Source: Blasia pusilla (taxonomy: Eukaryota). Taken from it: 64,000 nucleotides of DNA. Each line of letters opens with the position of its first letter. The first letter of the stretch is position 1. The notes under the pieces are model-generated. The model worked only from the letters and a program-made list of their open reading frames with translations, did no database searches and had not been told where the DNA came from. Position numbers and translations under genes: made by a program. Positions 11,466 to 25,500 of this stretch are shown piece by piece. The stretch lies in contig CM114271.1 of the NCBI GenBank assembly GCA_050084515.1, positions 4,340,001-4,404,000 of the forward strand, given 5' to 3'.

Positions 11466-13550
11466 GGAGGGATGATGTGTAGCAGAAGCAAGGAGAAGGA
11501 GAAGGAGGCGGAGGTGGAGGCGGAGGAACAGGAGGAGGGGCAGGGGCAGGAGGAGGAGGGAGAGGAGATGCATGACAGGTAGTGAGCGTCTGCGCAAGCT
11601 TGGCATGGCGTGAAGCAGGAGGTAGAGGGAGGGGAGCACTGTGGTGAAACAAGGGAGGAAGAAGTGGCAGTTTTGGTGGATAATGGTAGTGACGCGGCAA
11701 TATCGCGCGGACTGGCTGGGCATTTTTAGGAAGACAGAGTGTATTTTCTCCACGTTTGCGCTCAGTGACGAGATCGTGCTGCCGAGGACTGGATGCAGAG
11801 GGCGATCGGAGTTGAGGAGGCCTGGTGTGGGATTCTGAATAGTTTGGAAAGAGATCTGAGGTTGGAGAGAGTGGGCGCGAGTGAGAGGGGAAGTGCAGTG
11901 CGATCGGCTGGTTATTGGCGAGAATTGAAGAGCTGTATAGTTGCGTTTGGCCAGTTCGAGATTGGTCCACTTGTAGTTTGAATTAGTTCTGCCAAGGTTT
12001 CGGTAGATTCGGATCCAATTGCAGGGTGGATGATTAGACAGACGAGCAGAGATGAATGATTCCAATCATACTTAGGTGGACGGATAGTAGATGAAGGCAT
12101 TGCAAGCGTTGAAGGGAAGCTTTTTAATCTACATCAGCAAGTGCAGACAGAATAGCGTCTCGCCGACTTGGTGGCCTGAGATTTCAACAATCTACTCCAA
12201 TACAATTTTAAGTGTGATGGAAGCAGGGGTAGACTTCTTGTTTCATTCTCATGAATTGTTCAGATGTTTTATGCCTGTCTTATCACCTTCGGCCATCCGA
12301 ATGGAGTCAAGTCGTGTCCATCTGTTGGCGCACAGAGAAAACGTAACAGCTGCCTAGTTATCATGACTACGGCTTTACACAGACGTATCGAACATTTTCA
12401 TCGTAGTGTCCCATCCCGGTGGCTTTGAATAAGGATGACGAAGAAGAGTTCGATCCGAGTAGAGAGTTCCAAGAATGTGGAGAATTCAGCTGTGAATTCA
12501 GAAAGAAGTGAAGAAACGGATGAGGCATTAGATTGCTGTTTAGTTCGACCGCGAAGTTCAGAGTTCAGCAGTATAGTCAAAATGTACTTCATACACATTA
12601 GACCGCAGGGTGTGATGTCGTTAATGGCAGCTACCTACATCGTATGTCGATATGGTCTGAATTTCGTTCCTCTCACGTTCTTGTGAATGGGCTTCAAGGC
12701 CGAGAGCACCCCTGGAAGTGCTGACTCTGTATGTGCCTATTTCAAAGAACCAGACAAGGGATCGACGAGCTTTCTCTCTCTTTCCGGCTCTCCCCATTTA
12801 CCATATGCAAGTTTATTCTATCCAAATTCTTTACTGACTATCGCTCTGTCCTTCCACAATTGTGAGGTTTAAGCTTCATTGCACGGTCTCAGACAAGAGA
12901 GCCACAAAAGTAAGTTTGGGGGAAGCAATCTTCGCTCCTGTATGCATTCGGTCCCTTTTTGTATGAGGTTCTTTGGTAGATCGAGCCAAGGTTTATATTC
13001 TCCAATCTGTCGTATTTTCTAATTCAGCCGCAACTTGTTCTTGACGCTTATTACATCTGCGTTAACTCTTCATCAGACTGCTTTCGTATTCCCTTTTCAT
13101 CAAACTAGCTAAAATTTTTCACACGGTGAGAACCCTCTAGATCCATATCCTTTCCTTGCTCCAACGTTCATGGGATAAGAACCGGTGATCGGGACGCTAA
13201 AAAATAAGCTGTTCTCATCCAATAGCTCTGATCTAGTACCCTCCCTTAACCCATCCTGCACATCACTGGTTCAGACGGTAATTAATGAGTAGTCTGTGTG
13301 TGAGCGCATGTCGGATGAGGTCTCGTGACAATTACTGATAACCCAAAGCGATTCCACTGACAACTATCATGACTTGTGGGGTAGATCTCTCATGCAGGAT
13401 GCTTTGGGGGTGGGACTCGTAACTGAAGTAAAAAGGTTACTAGCACAAGGATAAAAGTGTATGAGTCTCTGAGTGTCTGGTCAAATCAAATGGCTAGCTC
13501 AATCGAATGTGCCCAATTATTCCTGATCATCGACGTGATTTTCATATCAG

Positions 13551-16500
13551 AAGAATTTGCAAGGCAGCAACGCTACCTTCAGGAGGCCCTACAATGGTGT
13601 GAGTAAGAGTGTGGGACAGAAGTTAGTCTGGGCTCCGAAGGGTCAAAAACCGGACCAAGATGGAAAAGCAGCTGTTAAATCAGATGAAGACGTGAAGGGA
13701 CCTATAAGTCCCGAAGAAGAGGTGAAAGCATCAAGCTTGATATGACGCTGACCCTGGATTTGGAATGGTTGTTACTTAGAAGTCGCCATTTTTTCGAACA
13801 AATGTAACATAGTACCAGTGAGACTGGCAGAATACCAAGAGCTAGCAAAAGAAGTCCTCATCTCTGAAAATTTGAACCGCTTGCAAGAGTCCTCACATGT
13901 AAGAGTACCATAGGATCTTCCCTTTCGGCTTTAATAGATTGTGCTTTAGTGTACTGGAGGACTCGAAATTCATTTCTTCACAGCTGGATATGCTGCTCAT
14001 TCTCATGATCATGTTGACCTTAGGTGGTGGAAAGTAAGGCCACTAAAGTGGGGAAGCTGTCAGCTCGTGCACAAGTGCAAGCAACTTTCTACCCAAAGTT
14101 TGAGAATGAAAGATCAGATCAAGAGGTAACTTGGATTAGTGCAGTTCTCAATGGCGTGGAATGGTGTGATATTTCATGGGAAGTAGCATCACTTGGCTTT
14201 GTCCTTTGCGCTTGGTCTTATGATCCTGGTTGCAATGCTTGAAAGATGTGCCTCCAAGTCTACTTGGTGCTCTCATTGTGAATTGCATGCTTTAAGCCCA
14301 GGCAATCACTCAGTTTTGAATGGTGACGTATCTAAGGATGTTAGCAATGAGTGCATGCTTATACTGTCTTCGCATCACTGACATGTGCTGCTGTTGTGCC
14401 CCAGGTGCGTAACAAGATGATCCAAGCAGTGACATCTGGAAAGGGTGTAGTTGAGGTGAGGTGAACAGATGGGGTTTAGCACCCTTATATTTTATGGCTT
14501 CTTGTTGGATTGTCTGAAATCAGTCGATTTTCTGCAATATTCTGGCCAGCATGTACAGCACACTTGACAGGTGGGAGTTGTAATCTTTATAAGATTTGTG
14601 CGAATGATTTTGAAATTTCTAGGCCAGATTGAAAGTGAATCTTGCCTCTTCCATTTTTCAGGTGTCATTGAAACATTCAGGATCTTTGTTTTTGTACTCT
14701 GGTGATGATGCTGGTGGAGCATTCGCTAAGAACAGTTATGGGAATCTGTAAGTACTACCACTTGGGTCAATAGCCTTTAGGGAGCTGGTGCTTATAAAAT
14801 ACATTCAAAAGGTAAAATTTGAGGAACTGAGTTTGAAATAGAATGAAGGAGTGAATAGATTTATTGTCCACAGGGACCCCACAGTGCCAGGGGACTTACC
14901 TTTGCAAAAAGGAAGATCATACTTCGACAGAGTGCTTTTGGAACATGTATAAAATTTGGTGTCAAGTTTGGAGTAGATTGAGCTTCCAGATGTAAGAGTG
15001 GAGCTAGATCAACCCACAAGAAATTCAGATATATCACCCCTTATCTCAAAATTCTTTGCTACAGCACCCATAGCCTGCAGTTTGACGTTGTTCTTTTTTC
15101 ATGATAACATCATATAACGAAATAATAGCTGAGATATTGTGGTCACATACACCTTTTAAGTTTGGTCAACATTATGCACACACATTGGGAATAAGTACAG
15201 GAGGTATTCTTGAACCGTCTAATGTTCCAATTCCTAATCTCCCACATATTTTTATCTGCAGGTATACAGCTGTTGGTGTCTTCGTGTTGGGACGGACTAT
15301 GCAAGAAGCGTGGGGTGCACAAGCGGCGGAAAAGCAAAAGGAGTTCAATGCATATCTACAGGTAATAATTTATATCCACAGGCTTTGAAAAGCCAAAATT
15401 GCACACACATTGAGCCGATGGGGTTCAGCAGTGTTATTTATACCTTTGAATGTGATGATACTGGTTATGGAGTTACTTGATTCTATCAGTTTGAAAGAGT
15501 CACTAGTGTCAGTCCGGTTGAAGACAATTAGATCCAAACTTTAGATCAGCAGTGATGCCGTTGCTGCTGTTTACTGTCAGAAGTCAGGTGTGAACAGGAC
15601 AGTCAATTAGTAGGGTTTATTGTTGGCTATGACAATGTGAATCATTCACAGCATGATTCAGCTTTTATAGGGAGGGGCACTATTTTCGAGACATCCACAG
15701 ATAGTAAGAAGAAGCCCTAAGTCGCAGTGTGGGAGCAGATCACTCGTGTAGATGAGAATCCAAGTTCTGCTGGTGATGGGCACGTCAGGGGGCATTTTGC
15801 AATCCTATGCTGTGGATGTTGTGTCTGATCAGGGACTGAGAGATGGGTCCCTTATAGAAGAGTTATGACTATAGGAGAATCGCCATGTTCCACAGCTTGG
15901 CCTCAAAAGGTCAGAGACGTGCATTCAGTCTTAAATCTAAAGGAACTAGACCCTACATAATTAAATCAGAGGAACATTGCCTGATCTTGTGTGTTCTCTG
16001 TCTCTGATTGTGTGCTATACTCTCGGTGAGAGAATGAGTGAATCCCAACATGCTATCAGAGTTGGTTCAGAATACAAAAGTTGACACAGAGATAACATAG
16101 GAATTGCTGCTGTGCAGATTGGCTTTGCATGGCAAAGAAATGCACAGCAGTATCTTCCCTGTGACTTCAGTTTCACTGGTAGACTCAAATCTCCCAATTT
16201 TTGAGAATTGGGTTCACGATTTCCTCTTTCATGCTTGTACTCACAGGACTCAATTGAGGACGAATTTTTACTCCAATTTCTCAATCTGAGAAAGGAACTG
16301 GGCATCTACATCCATGAAAGTGCTCACAGCTCATGAAGGCAGCATTTGGAGAAGAAATTGTACTCTAATTTCAAAATTTTAGAATTTGGGTCTGAAATTT
16401 CTAAACTTAATGATCTTTTTGGGTTCATTTTGTGTGCACTGGCGAACTTGGCCATTTGGAGCACGGATCCAGAATCTTTTTTCAAAGACAAAATCCAGAA

Positions 16501-19500
16501 TCTTTCTGAAGAATCTTTGCAGGAACTTTCTACAGCAGGCCTTGATATGTTGATGTTTGCAAGGTGAGCTGCAAATCCGAGGCACCCGCTTTAGTGAGTG
16601 AAAAAGTGAAGAAATCAAGTGATGCTTGATTATCTGACTCGGAAGAATTGGTATTGTGTGGACGTTACATACCAGACCAATTCCTCCCGCAACAACTCCT
16701 GGAGGAACAGTTCTTACACCTCCAGTGCTTGCTGCACATGCACTTGATGGACAGCTCTAGGGTAACAAGAACGCCTCAGGCATTGACTATCTTAGATCTT
16801 GTCGAGAAGGTAGACTAGCAGAAGTATCTCCTTGTGCGAAATCAGAACTAGCATCAGCTAATCCATCCATGATTTCAGCATGGACAGTATCATTTTGTAG
16901 CTCACTTGTCTAATTAGACAACTACTATGATGCGACTCTCCTTATTACTTAACAGATTCGAAGGAAGATTCTTCATAGTCACACCTTGCACTCGCAACAC
17001 GCAACATAGATCTTCAAATGTCTCCAGCTCAAAGATCACACGTGGCTCTCATCACTAAGCACAGACAATCTTTGTCAGCTGTCTTGACAAAACGACTTGC
17101 CTTCCAGTGAGGCTCTAGCAAACACAGAACTCAGTCTCAGTCTCAGTCTCCTCTTCCTTACTCTCAGATCACTCTGCAGCGGGGCAAGTGCTGCATGACA
17201 CACCAAGAGCCTCAGGAGTCCTCATCAAAAGCTTTGCACACTGTAGAATTATCTTCCAACTCTAAGCAGAGACAATATGTACATGAGAGAGCATTTCTGA
17301 CCCTTCTTGAACAGATTCGGACCCTGAATACATGGTGGCTAACCCTAATTCGAGACTACCCTAAAAGATATAAGAGCTCTAAGTTGTGTCCAGCTGAGTA
17401 AGTTAGTATTCAACTAACTAGTGTTAGGGCATGACTAAAATGGATATTAACAGTTTTCAACAGAGCTTGCAGAAAATCACATGTCTCAGGTTTAATGTAG
17501 GCAGTATAAGGACTGCCTACACATGTTTCAGTCCAAGGACAGAGATGCCACGATCAATCTGAAGAGTGAACTGTTCCCAAGAAACATAACAGAAGGCGAC
17601 TCCATGAATGTGAAGTCTAGCATGGACCAGCTTGTTGTGTGTAGGAGTCCAGTTGATGAAGAGGATGCAATCCTTGCCGTGATAATCATAAGCCTCATAA
17701 ACGAATCAAGATTGACCTGGCATGCTTCCAAGAGCTCCCTACTGCATAAAGAGCTGATCAACAACTAGGCCCAATGTAAACGGTTGCATCACAAAGGATG
17801 ATAGAGCAGCAAATCAATTCCCTTGCCTTGATTCTTCACAGGAGACTTGGGAGAGTCAAGGCCTAGTTTCAAGAAATGAATGAATGAATGAATGAATTTA
17901 TAGATGAGGGAATAAAACTGGTAGAGGAAAGAATTGGCCATCTCCCCAATAGCAACAAGAATGTCGCATGATTATTCTGTCAGAAGGAGGGCCTCATCCC
18001 AAAGGACTGGTGGAGGAGGAAAGCTAATATAGCTAGTGCCAGTTAGAGGTGACTGTTTTTGTCCTTAGTTTGTCAGCATCTAATACCTTGTATGTAGACG
18101 TCATTGCTACAAAGCATATGACCAACAAGAAGTAAATGGTCCATGACCATGAGCCTACTGTTGGTGATCAAACAATTGCCAATGGAAACAGTAGCAGTGA
18201 GAGTGTCATGAGAGCATGGAATGTTAAATTATGCTACTGGACAAAACCACAATGATGATTCCCCATATGCTGAGATGAATGAATACTCCCTTTTCAGTCA
18301 ATCCTTCATGACCAGAAAGGAGGATCTGCTGAGGATGTCCATGACTTCGTCATTAAGGAAGTGTATCTGGTTTAGAGGCTGTGGCATTCACAGCTGGTGC
18401 AGCTCTCTCAGTTATCCCAGGCAGTGATTTACTTATCTGATACCCGTTAACAGAATGGGCCATAAAGAGTAACTAAGCTATCAGAAAAGAAGAATGCTTT
18501 CAAATATAGAGGGGATTTTATAACCAAGTGTACCCTAATGGAGCAGTCAAAAGATACAAAGCTAGATTGGCAGCCAAGGGCTACTCACGAGGGTATGGGA
18601 TTGATTATCTGTGACTTTCACTTCTGTGCTGAGAAGAGGATCCATCGGAACTATTTTAGCTCTTTCTTCCCAGTTCGATCTGGGGTTGAGCAAATGGAAG
18701 TTAGAGCAGTGTTTCTTAATGGAGGTCCCAATCAGGAAGTTTATATGGAACTTCCAGAAGTGCTTGAATCTCCTCAATTTGAATAGAATTGAATGGATTT
18801 ATTGGTCAGGGGGGTCCCAAAGCAAGGACCGCGGGACTTTGATTTGCAGAATGTACAAGAAATGAGCAGGGAGAATCCATACGAATAAGATCTAAGAGTT
18901 CCTCTGGTCTAGTTGGTGTTCCCTGGCCCTCAAACACCTGTGTAAGGAGTTATTAATCTGAACCTGTTTCTTGTAACCAATCACCAACCTTGAGGCTAGG
19001 ATCTTGTAAGAGATCAGGGAACTCAAGGCTGATGTACACGTTGTAATTAGATTTCAGAGAAAATGTCCATCATCATCTAAAATTCCTGAGATACAATGCC
19101 TACATAATCTGTCCTCTCTTTTGGTTTGTGAGAACTTTCCTTTCTCGCACTGTTGACTCGCATCTGAATCTAGCGAGTGCATAATGGAGTTTAGTGGACA
19201 TTTGGCAGAAGCATTTTTACTGGTTCTCAGTTCATTCTCTTAAAGATGGCACCAATCCTACTGGTTGATGATATCATCATTTTATGGTAGAAGCTGTGAG
19301 TTGGTACGTGTGCTGCTTGTCTCCAAGGATGTTCATACTTGTGGATATTTATACTTTAGTGTGGACATCAAATCGCTCATTTCTGAAGATCGTTATAAGC
19401 TTGGAAGGCTCTTGCAGAAAGGCGTTACGGTGGTCATTTCTCATAGCCTCACGGGGGTTGAGCGATGTGATCAGGTTTTTTATAGCATGAATCTCCATTT

Positions 19501-22500
19501 GTACTTCTCTAAAGTTAGCTAGTGGCAGGTCATGAGGGGTTGTCATCCAAACAACGAGGCAAGAGAGGAGTTTAAAGGGGGTTGCTTTGTGTAAATGATT
19601 TCTAGACATTGGAATTGAAGTATAAGGATTGAATTAGGTCATCGTTCTTCTTGTTTATTCTGATGATGACTGGCTAGAGAACAGGATTTCATGAAATCCA
19701 ATTGCAGAAACTGTCTCATACTCATCAATACCAGTATTAGCTGGAATTCAAAATTATAGAACATTTTTACTTCACCAGTTGCTTTTGCTAAGTATGCTGC
19801 ACCTTCAAAGACGGCAGATGAAGTGGTGTAGTTGACGAAGGTACTGAATGATGTCAATTTTTGTCAGGAATCACCAGTGATTCAGTGTGATAACAGAGTG
19901 CTATAGCTCTGTTTAAGTAAGTACGGAAAGGTGTCATGATAGGATGCAAGATGTGGACAGAAATCATTGTTTTGTTAGAGAAAAGGCTCCTGATGGAGAA
20001 ATCTAGGTGAAGTAATATCCAACAGAAATATGGGGGCAGAAATTTCTATTTAGTTTGTACCATGACTGAAGCATCCGCAACATTTCCTGACCTGGAGCCC
20101 TGATTAAGACTTGATTTATGATCTGTGTCATTGAGTAGGAGCATTAGAAGGTGAGGTGTGTGAAGGACCCTGGTCATGACTAGGTCATTGTTCACTATGA
20201 CAGCTTTATTCTTAGAGGGATTTAGGATTTGTAGTCAGGCACACCACGTTCCAGACACATGCAAATTGTAGTAAGATACCAAGAGGTTTCTCCAGGATGT
20301 GCTTTAAGTACGCGAGGTTGGAGATGGAATGGCAGAGAAGAGGGTCTTAATGCACTTAAAAGTATCTTTGTGGAGGTTTTATCAAGGATGGAGGCATTCT
20401 TTGGAGGCATTCTAACAGTGGACATAGAGGCTCTGTAGGAAAATCATCTTTGCATTGCAATGGAGCTTGTCACCGCTGTTTTAGGAGATCATGGACAGCG
20501 GCCTCTTCAAGACTATGGTTAGTAACTGAAGAATAGTTTGCAAACTGGTGCTTCCTGGTGGTTTGGTCATTGCCATGTCAGAGGCTTTGGAGATTCTTCT
20601 CTTCTTTGTAATGCATGAAGAGGTTAAACAGTGGCCATTTCTGTCTGTGTATTGAGGCTCGGGCATTCAGGGCTCTTGAAGTGAGTTTTAGTTTGAGCCT
20701 TGTCATCACGTTCCAGAAATGGCCACTGTTTAACCTCTTCATGCAGGTGAAGCCTGCATGAAGAGACTTCTTACACTGTTTAACCTGTTTAAACAGTGGC
20801 CATTTCTGTCTGTACTTTAGATGTGCAAGACAAGAAGTGCACTCCTCTTCATCTATAGAGGACCAGTTCTTGCAGCTATCTGATTGCCACTACTTATTCT
20901 ACCTGATTGGTTGGTTGAGCAGTTGTGGTAACAGCGGTGACAGAGTTAAAAGGTCGACCACTCTTCTTCTCATCACCTGATGTTGTTGCATTTTGCCATA
21001 AATGGCGTCTACCCACAAATCAGCTGTGGTTGTTCTCATCAAAGTAAGAGGTTTCCTCACCTCTTTATGTGTCTCATCATAGTTATTCCCATTACAACAC
21101 GTGAAGCAAACTTCAATATGAATCATATGATGAAGATCGTAATATAAGTTTGGAGTTGGAAGGATTGCTGCGTTTTCTTTTTCTTATTGCAGTTTGTAGA
21201 CAATGAGGGACTCAAAATGTTCCAGACAAGAATTCAAAAATGCATTTTGTAATGGCAGATTAGAGGTCTTTCAAGGACCATGCCAGTATTCATCCCTGAT
21301 ATCACCCTTTTGTTTTGATATGCTTGAAGGAAATCAGTGACATCATTTTTTTCAGCATATGATGCCCTTTGTGAGGAGGGAGTTGATAGTACTGTTACAA
21401 AGGTTATGGATGAGATATCAGACTTGGCTGTTCCAGGTACTTTTTAACTTGGCTTCTTTTCATTTCTACTACAGGCACTACTTAATGATTACAGTCTCTT
21501 GTACAGACCATATTGCTCGCCGCTTAATATTCTTGGATTGACTGAGAGAGGTGAAACAACATTGGAAATACTCTTCATTTCAGAGAATTCTAACATGGGG
21601 ATGATGAGAAAGTTTTGAAGACAGTTGAATTGAAAGACCACAGAATTGGTACAAGATTTTGGCTTAACAACTAGGGAATGAATTACAGGGACCAAGAGTC
21701 ATGGAGAACTTCAAGGAGAGATCTTAGAAGGCCTTGTAGCACGTGTTGTGGATCCTGCAAGCATCACAAATATGACGAACATGTTACTGCAGCATCCTGC
21801 TCCAAAGAAGCCTGATGGTATGGATGCCCCTTTTACAAAGCTCTGTAGCTGATTTTTCCACGCTTCTCAGTATTGCCTAATAGCTTCATTTCTGTTCAGC
21901 TGATCATTGCTTTAATCCATGTGCCTACATGTTCCTTTTATGTGCAGGATCATCAGAGACTGGGCCAGGATTACGGGAAATTTTTGCTGCCAACAGGGAA
22001 AGTGAGGAGAAGGTGAAGATTTGTACACTAGTTTGTTCTTAGGTGTGGACGTCAATTTTGTATGGACGAGGATGTACATGTGATTCTAAAAGCTCAATAA
22101 CATGTGGTATATATTCTTTGTGGTCTTGATGAGGTTCTGTCGGTTCATCTTAAAGATGTTGTAGACTGTGTCATCTTCATCTACTTAAACGAACAAATGA
22201 GTGGTATTTTTACCTCTGCATATAAGTGGCAAAAGGACAAGGGCAGTAAAGGAATAAGGATCACAAAATTAATGAATTGTCCCCCTATTGTTTGTTCGTC
22301 CTAACAGCAAATGAGAGCTCTTCTTGAGAGTGTGGGTACCAGCATGTGCTCAAATGTTTCAGACTGGTTTGAGGAAAGGACACTTGACGTCCAATCATCA
22401 AAAGGACCGGAAACGCAACTTATAGGAAGCTTCCTACAGGCTTCACCTGCAGACAATTCAACATTGAAACTTCAAGTTAAGTGTTTCTTCCTTTTAAGGA

Positions 22501-25500
22501 TATTTTTTTGAACATTAAGAGGTTGCAAGAATTAACTCAGAAAGAGTTATTACGACCTGGTGGAGTGTGAAATTTCAAAGTCCAGTTTGGATGAAATGTA
22601 ACAAATGAAGGAACTTGAACTTGAAGCCAATATCCCAAGAGGTCGGAAAATATCTCTGAAGTGTTGGGTTTTGATGGTTCAAAATCTTACGTGCAACAAA
22701 ACAGTTTTCTACTTTCCTTTCCCCTTTCTATCTTGCTGGAAGCTTCCTCTGAGAGTGGACACCTTTGATGTGATACCCATAACATCAAAGGTTAATCAGA
22801 AGTCTTGACCAACAACTTGCTGACTAACACTCAAGAATGTGCTGTTAGCACATTTCCTTCATCAGCATACAAGCTCCTCTACTCACTGTACCTCGTCCAT
22901 TACAATTGAATAAATTGAGGAGCTTACCAGAAGCCCTCAGAAGTATTTAATTTTTATAGACAGAAAATAGGTGAAGACTAGGATAATGTCAGGCGACTAT
23001 ATGACTGTCTTAAGCTCAAAAGATGTTATGGGATTCACCTTAGAACAGAAAATCTTGAAGGAATGGACCTAAAACGACCCTCAACAAAATGCCTAATGAT
23101 CCATATTAACGCTAGCAGTAGTTAGTATATATGCATTTTCATTGAGAATGCTGCAAGAGAAGTACTGGCAATGCATGGATCTTACTCTTTGTAAATTACA
23201 GTTCTATCCAACAGATTTGATCTTCACTGTTGAACATCAACCTGTTATCTTCTGTATGTACTGACTAGAATAAATGATTGTTTACAACGTATGTATGTAC
23301 AGGAACTGTGTCGCGCCATCCGCTCTCGAAAATTACCTGTTCGTTTCAAGTGCCGCTCAAATACACATCGAAAACATGAGACTGCAGAAAATCAAGAATC
23401 AAAGTCGTTTAGAATGACCATTCATGTCTTATCTGATTCGGCATTTCGAAGATATCAAAGTGAGATGAGGTATGGGAAATTGAGGATGATTTTGTTGGAC
23501 GATCTTTGTAGATTTATTGGTGTAGTGAGGATTTATTTCATTTCTTTCCTTAACACACTCCATATATTTACACACAAAAGATGGGAAGGGAATTTACCTG
23601 GTCCATAGGCCCTCGCACTGATTTCTTCTTACTGCAGATCCCATTGACGTGAAGTAGATAGTGTTGTAAAGAGCTTCTTAGTTGACACTTGGAAGCTCCG
23701 CACCAACTCTTTGTATGGTCAGCACTCGCACTATATCAGAGAGTGTCTCCCTCCTCGCATATAGTAACGGGAGGATGGGAGTAATGGTGGAGGACATTTT
23801 GGCAGAGATGTAAGAAGCCTGTTCAATAGATTGTAATCAAAATTTAGAGCGTAGAGGAACTAAAAACGCTGTTGAGAAAGAGTAAGCACACCTAGCGGTG
23901 CTAACTTGTCAGAAATAGTAGGAGTCTTATGGCCGTGTCCAAGCCACCTTCCTGTACAGTTTCATCCTCACAATCTCCCAGCAGAGATAAACACAGACTA
24001 GGAACACCTTAGCTGATCTTGGTACAAGAAAGAGTGGTGACACCAAACTAGGACAAGCTCCTACACATGAGACACAAGTAAAACTAGCTGAACACAGGAG
24101 CATTCAATACCTTACTGCAGCAGCATCCTGGTGGAAAGTGAGTGCTTCACAATGGAGCAGATAGCACTATCTACGCAGCTAGTTATGCGGCCCTTAGAAC
24201 AGGCTGATCTCCAAACGAGCCCTAGCATATCTCCAGAAATGGAGCTGAGAAACTTATTCCTCTAAAATAGCTGTCCCTAAACTTAGAAGAGACTTTAGTC
24301 ATAACTATCTTTCTTCCTACTGTACTAGATCAGGGGAGGGTCCAACTACTGTCATACCCTTTGCTAATCATTGCTCCTAGTTGACTTCTATACTCAATAC
24401 AATCCATATATCTTGTGTTTGTGGAATGTACTGCTTTCTCAACAGGTCGCTGGGTATTCATGAAAATGCGGTAATGTCGCATCCTTTTCACCATTTTTCC
24501 CAGGCTGATTGCACCTCCTGGTACTCATATGATTGCACCTCCGAGTACTCATCCTCCACCAAACTCCATCATGCACTAGCTACATTCAGATGTGGTCCCA
24601 CAGACTTAGAATTAGACAGAGGAAAGTTCTCACAAATCAAAAGAGAGGACAGATTATATAAGCATTGTACCTCAGGAATTTTACATGATGAACAACATTT
24701 CCTCTTCATGTGAAATTACCACGTGTACATCAGACTCGAGTTCCCAGATCTCTTACAAGGTCCTACCCTCGTGCTTGCTGACTTCGTAACTAGCAAGAAC
24801 CAAGTTCAGATTGCCAAATTTGCACATAGGTGTGTGAAGCCACACCTATGTACACCACTTGGACCAGAGGACCTCTTCTTTGTTTGGGTTCACACTGATG
24901 AATTCTTGCAAATCTTGCAAATCAAAGTCGCATGGTCCTTCTTTGGACCCTCGTTGACAATAAATCATTTTATTCATTCATTCTCTCTACACCGACCCCA
25001 CTCTCTAGCACCATCCAACCAGGGCATGGGGTAGATGTTCCCAAGGCTACGACAGGTACTACTTAATGACTACAGTCTGGTTCCTTCTCCATCGATAGTC
25101 CTCAACTCTTTTCTCTTTTTCCCTTCAATAGTCGCTAGCTCTACTTTTGGACTTCTGTCTTTGTCTGGGATTACTTCACTTACGAATGATATTCATCCAT
25201 CTGTCTTATTCCATCCTGCAGGAAACAACCGGGTCTGTGGCCATTATACAGAGGTAAGTTTGGGTGCTCAACTCTAAACTTTCTAGACATTGCTGATTTT
25301 CTTCACAGGGAAAATCTGTGAAGAATTACTTTGTGATGTTTTGGAGAACTTCCGCATTGCTATGTTGATTCAGAAGCTGCAGTTTACTTCAGTAGTTCAT
25401 TGTACAGATGGTTTGGGGTTTGGTCTCGCTTCTCTCCTGTAGTGTTTTGTTTCTGTTACCTGGAGGTATTACACATAATGATTTACTAAGTAATCGAGAT

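Larger units (their letters stand above)
15575..20300 (+). mobile_element. Decayed Ty1/copia LTR retrotransposon inside a 5-kb tRNA ligase intron
   Basis: Putative 5' LTR 15575-16050 ends ..CCCAACA, followed by degenerate Met-PBS TGCTATCAGAGT (16051-16062). Gag-like INLKSELF..EGDSM (17523-17700), protease-like YVDVIATKHMT (~18090-18125), RT-like QMEVRAVFLNG..EVYMELPE (~18690-18760), RNaseH-like QCDN.SAIAL (~19880). PPT-like TTGAGTAGGAG near 20131 is followed by sequence resembling 15575 onward. Confidence 0.8.
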
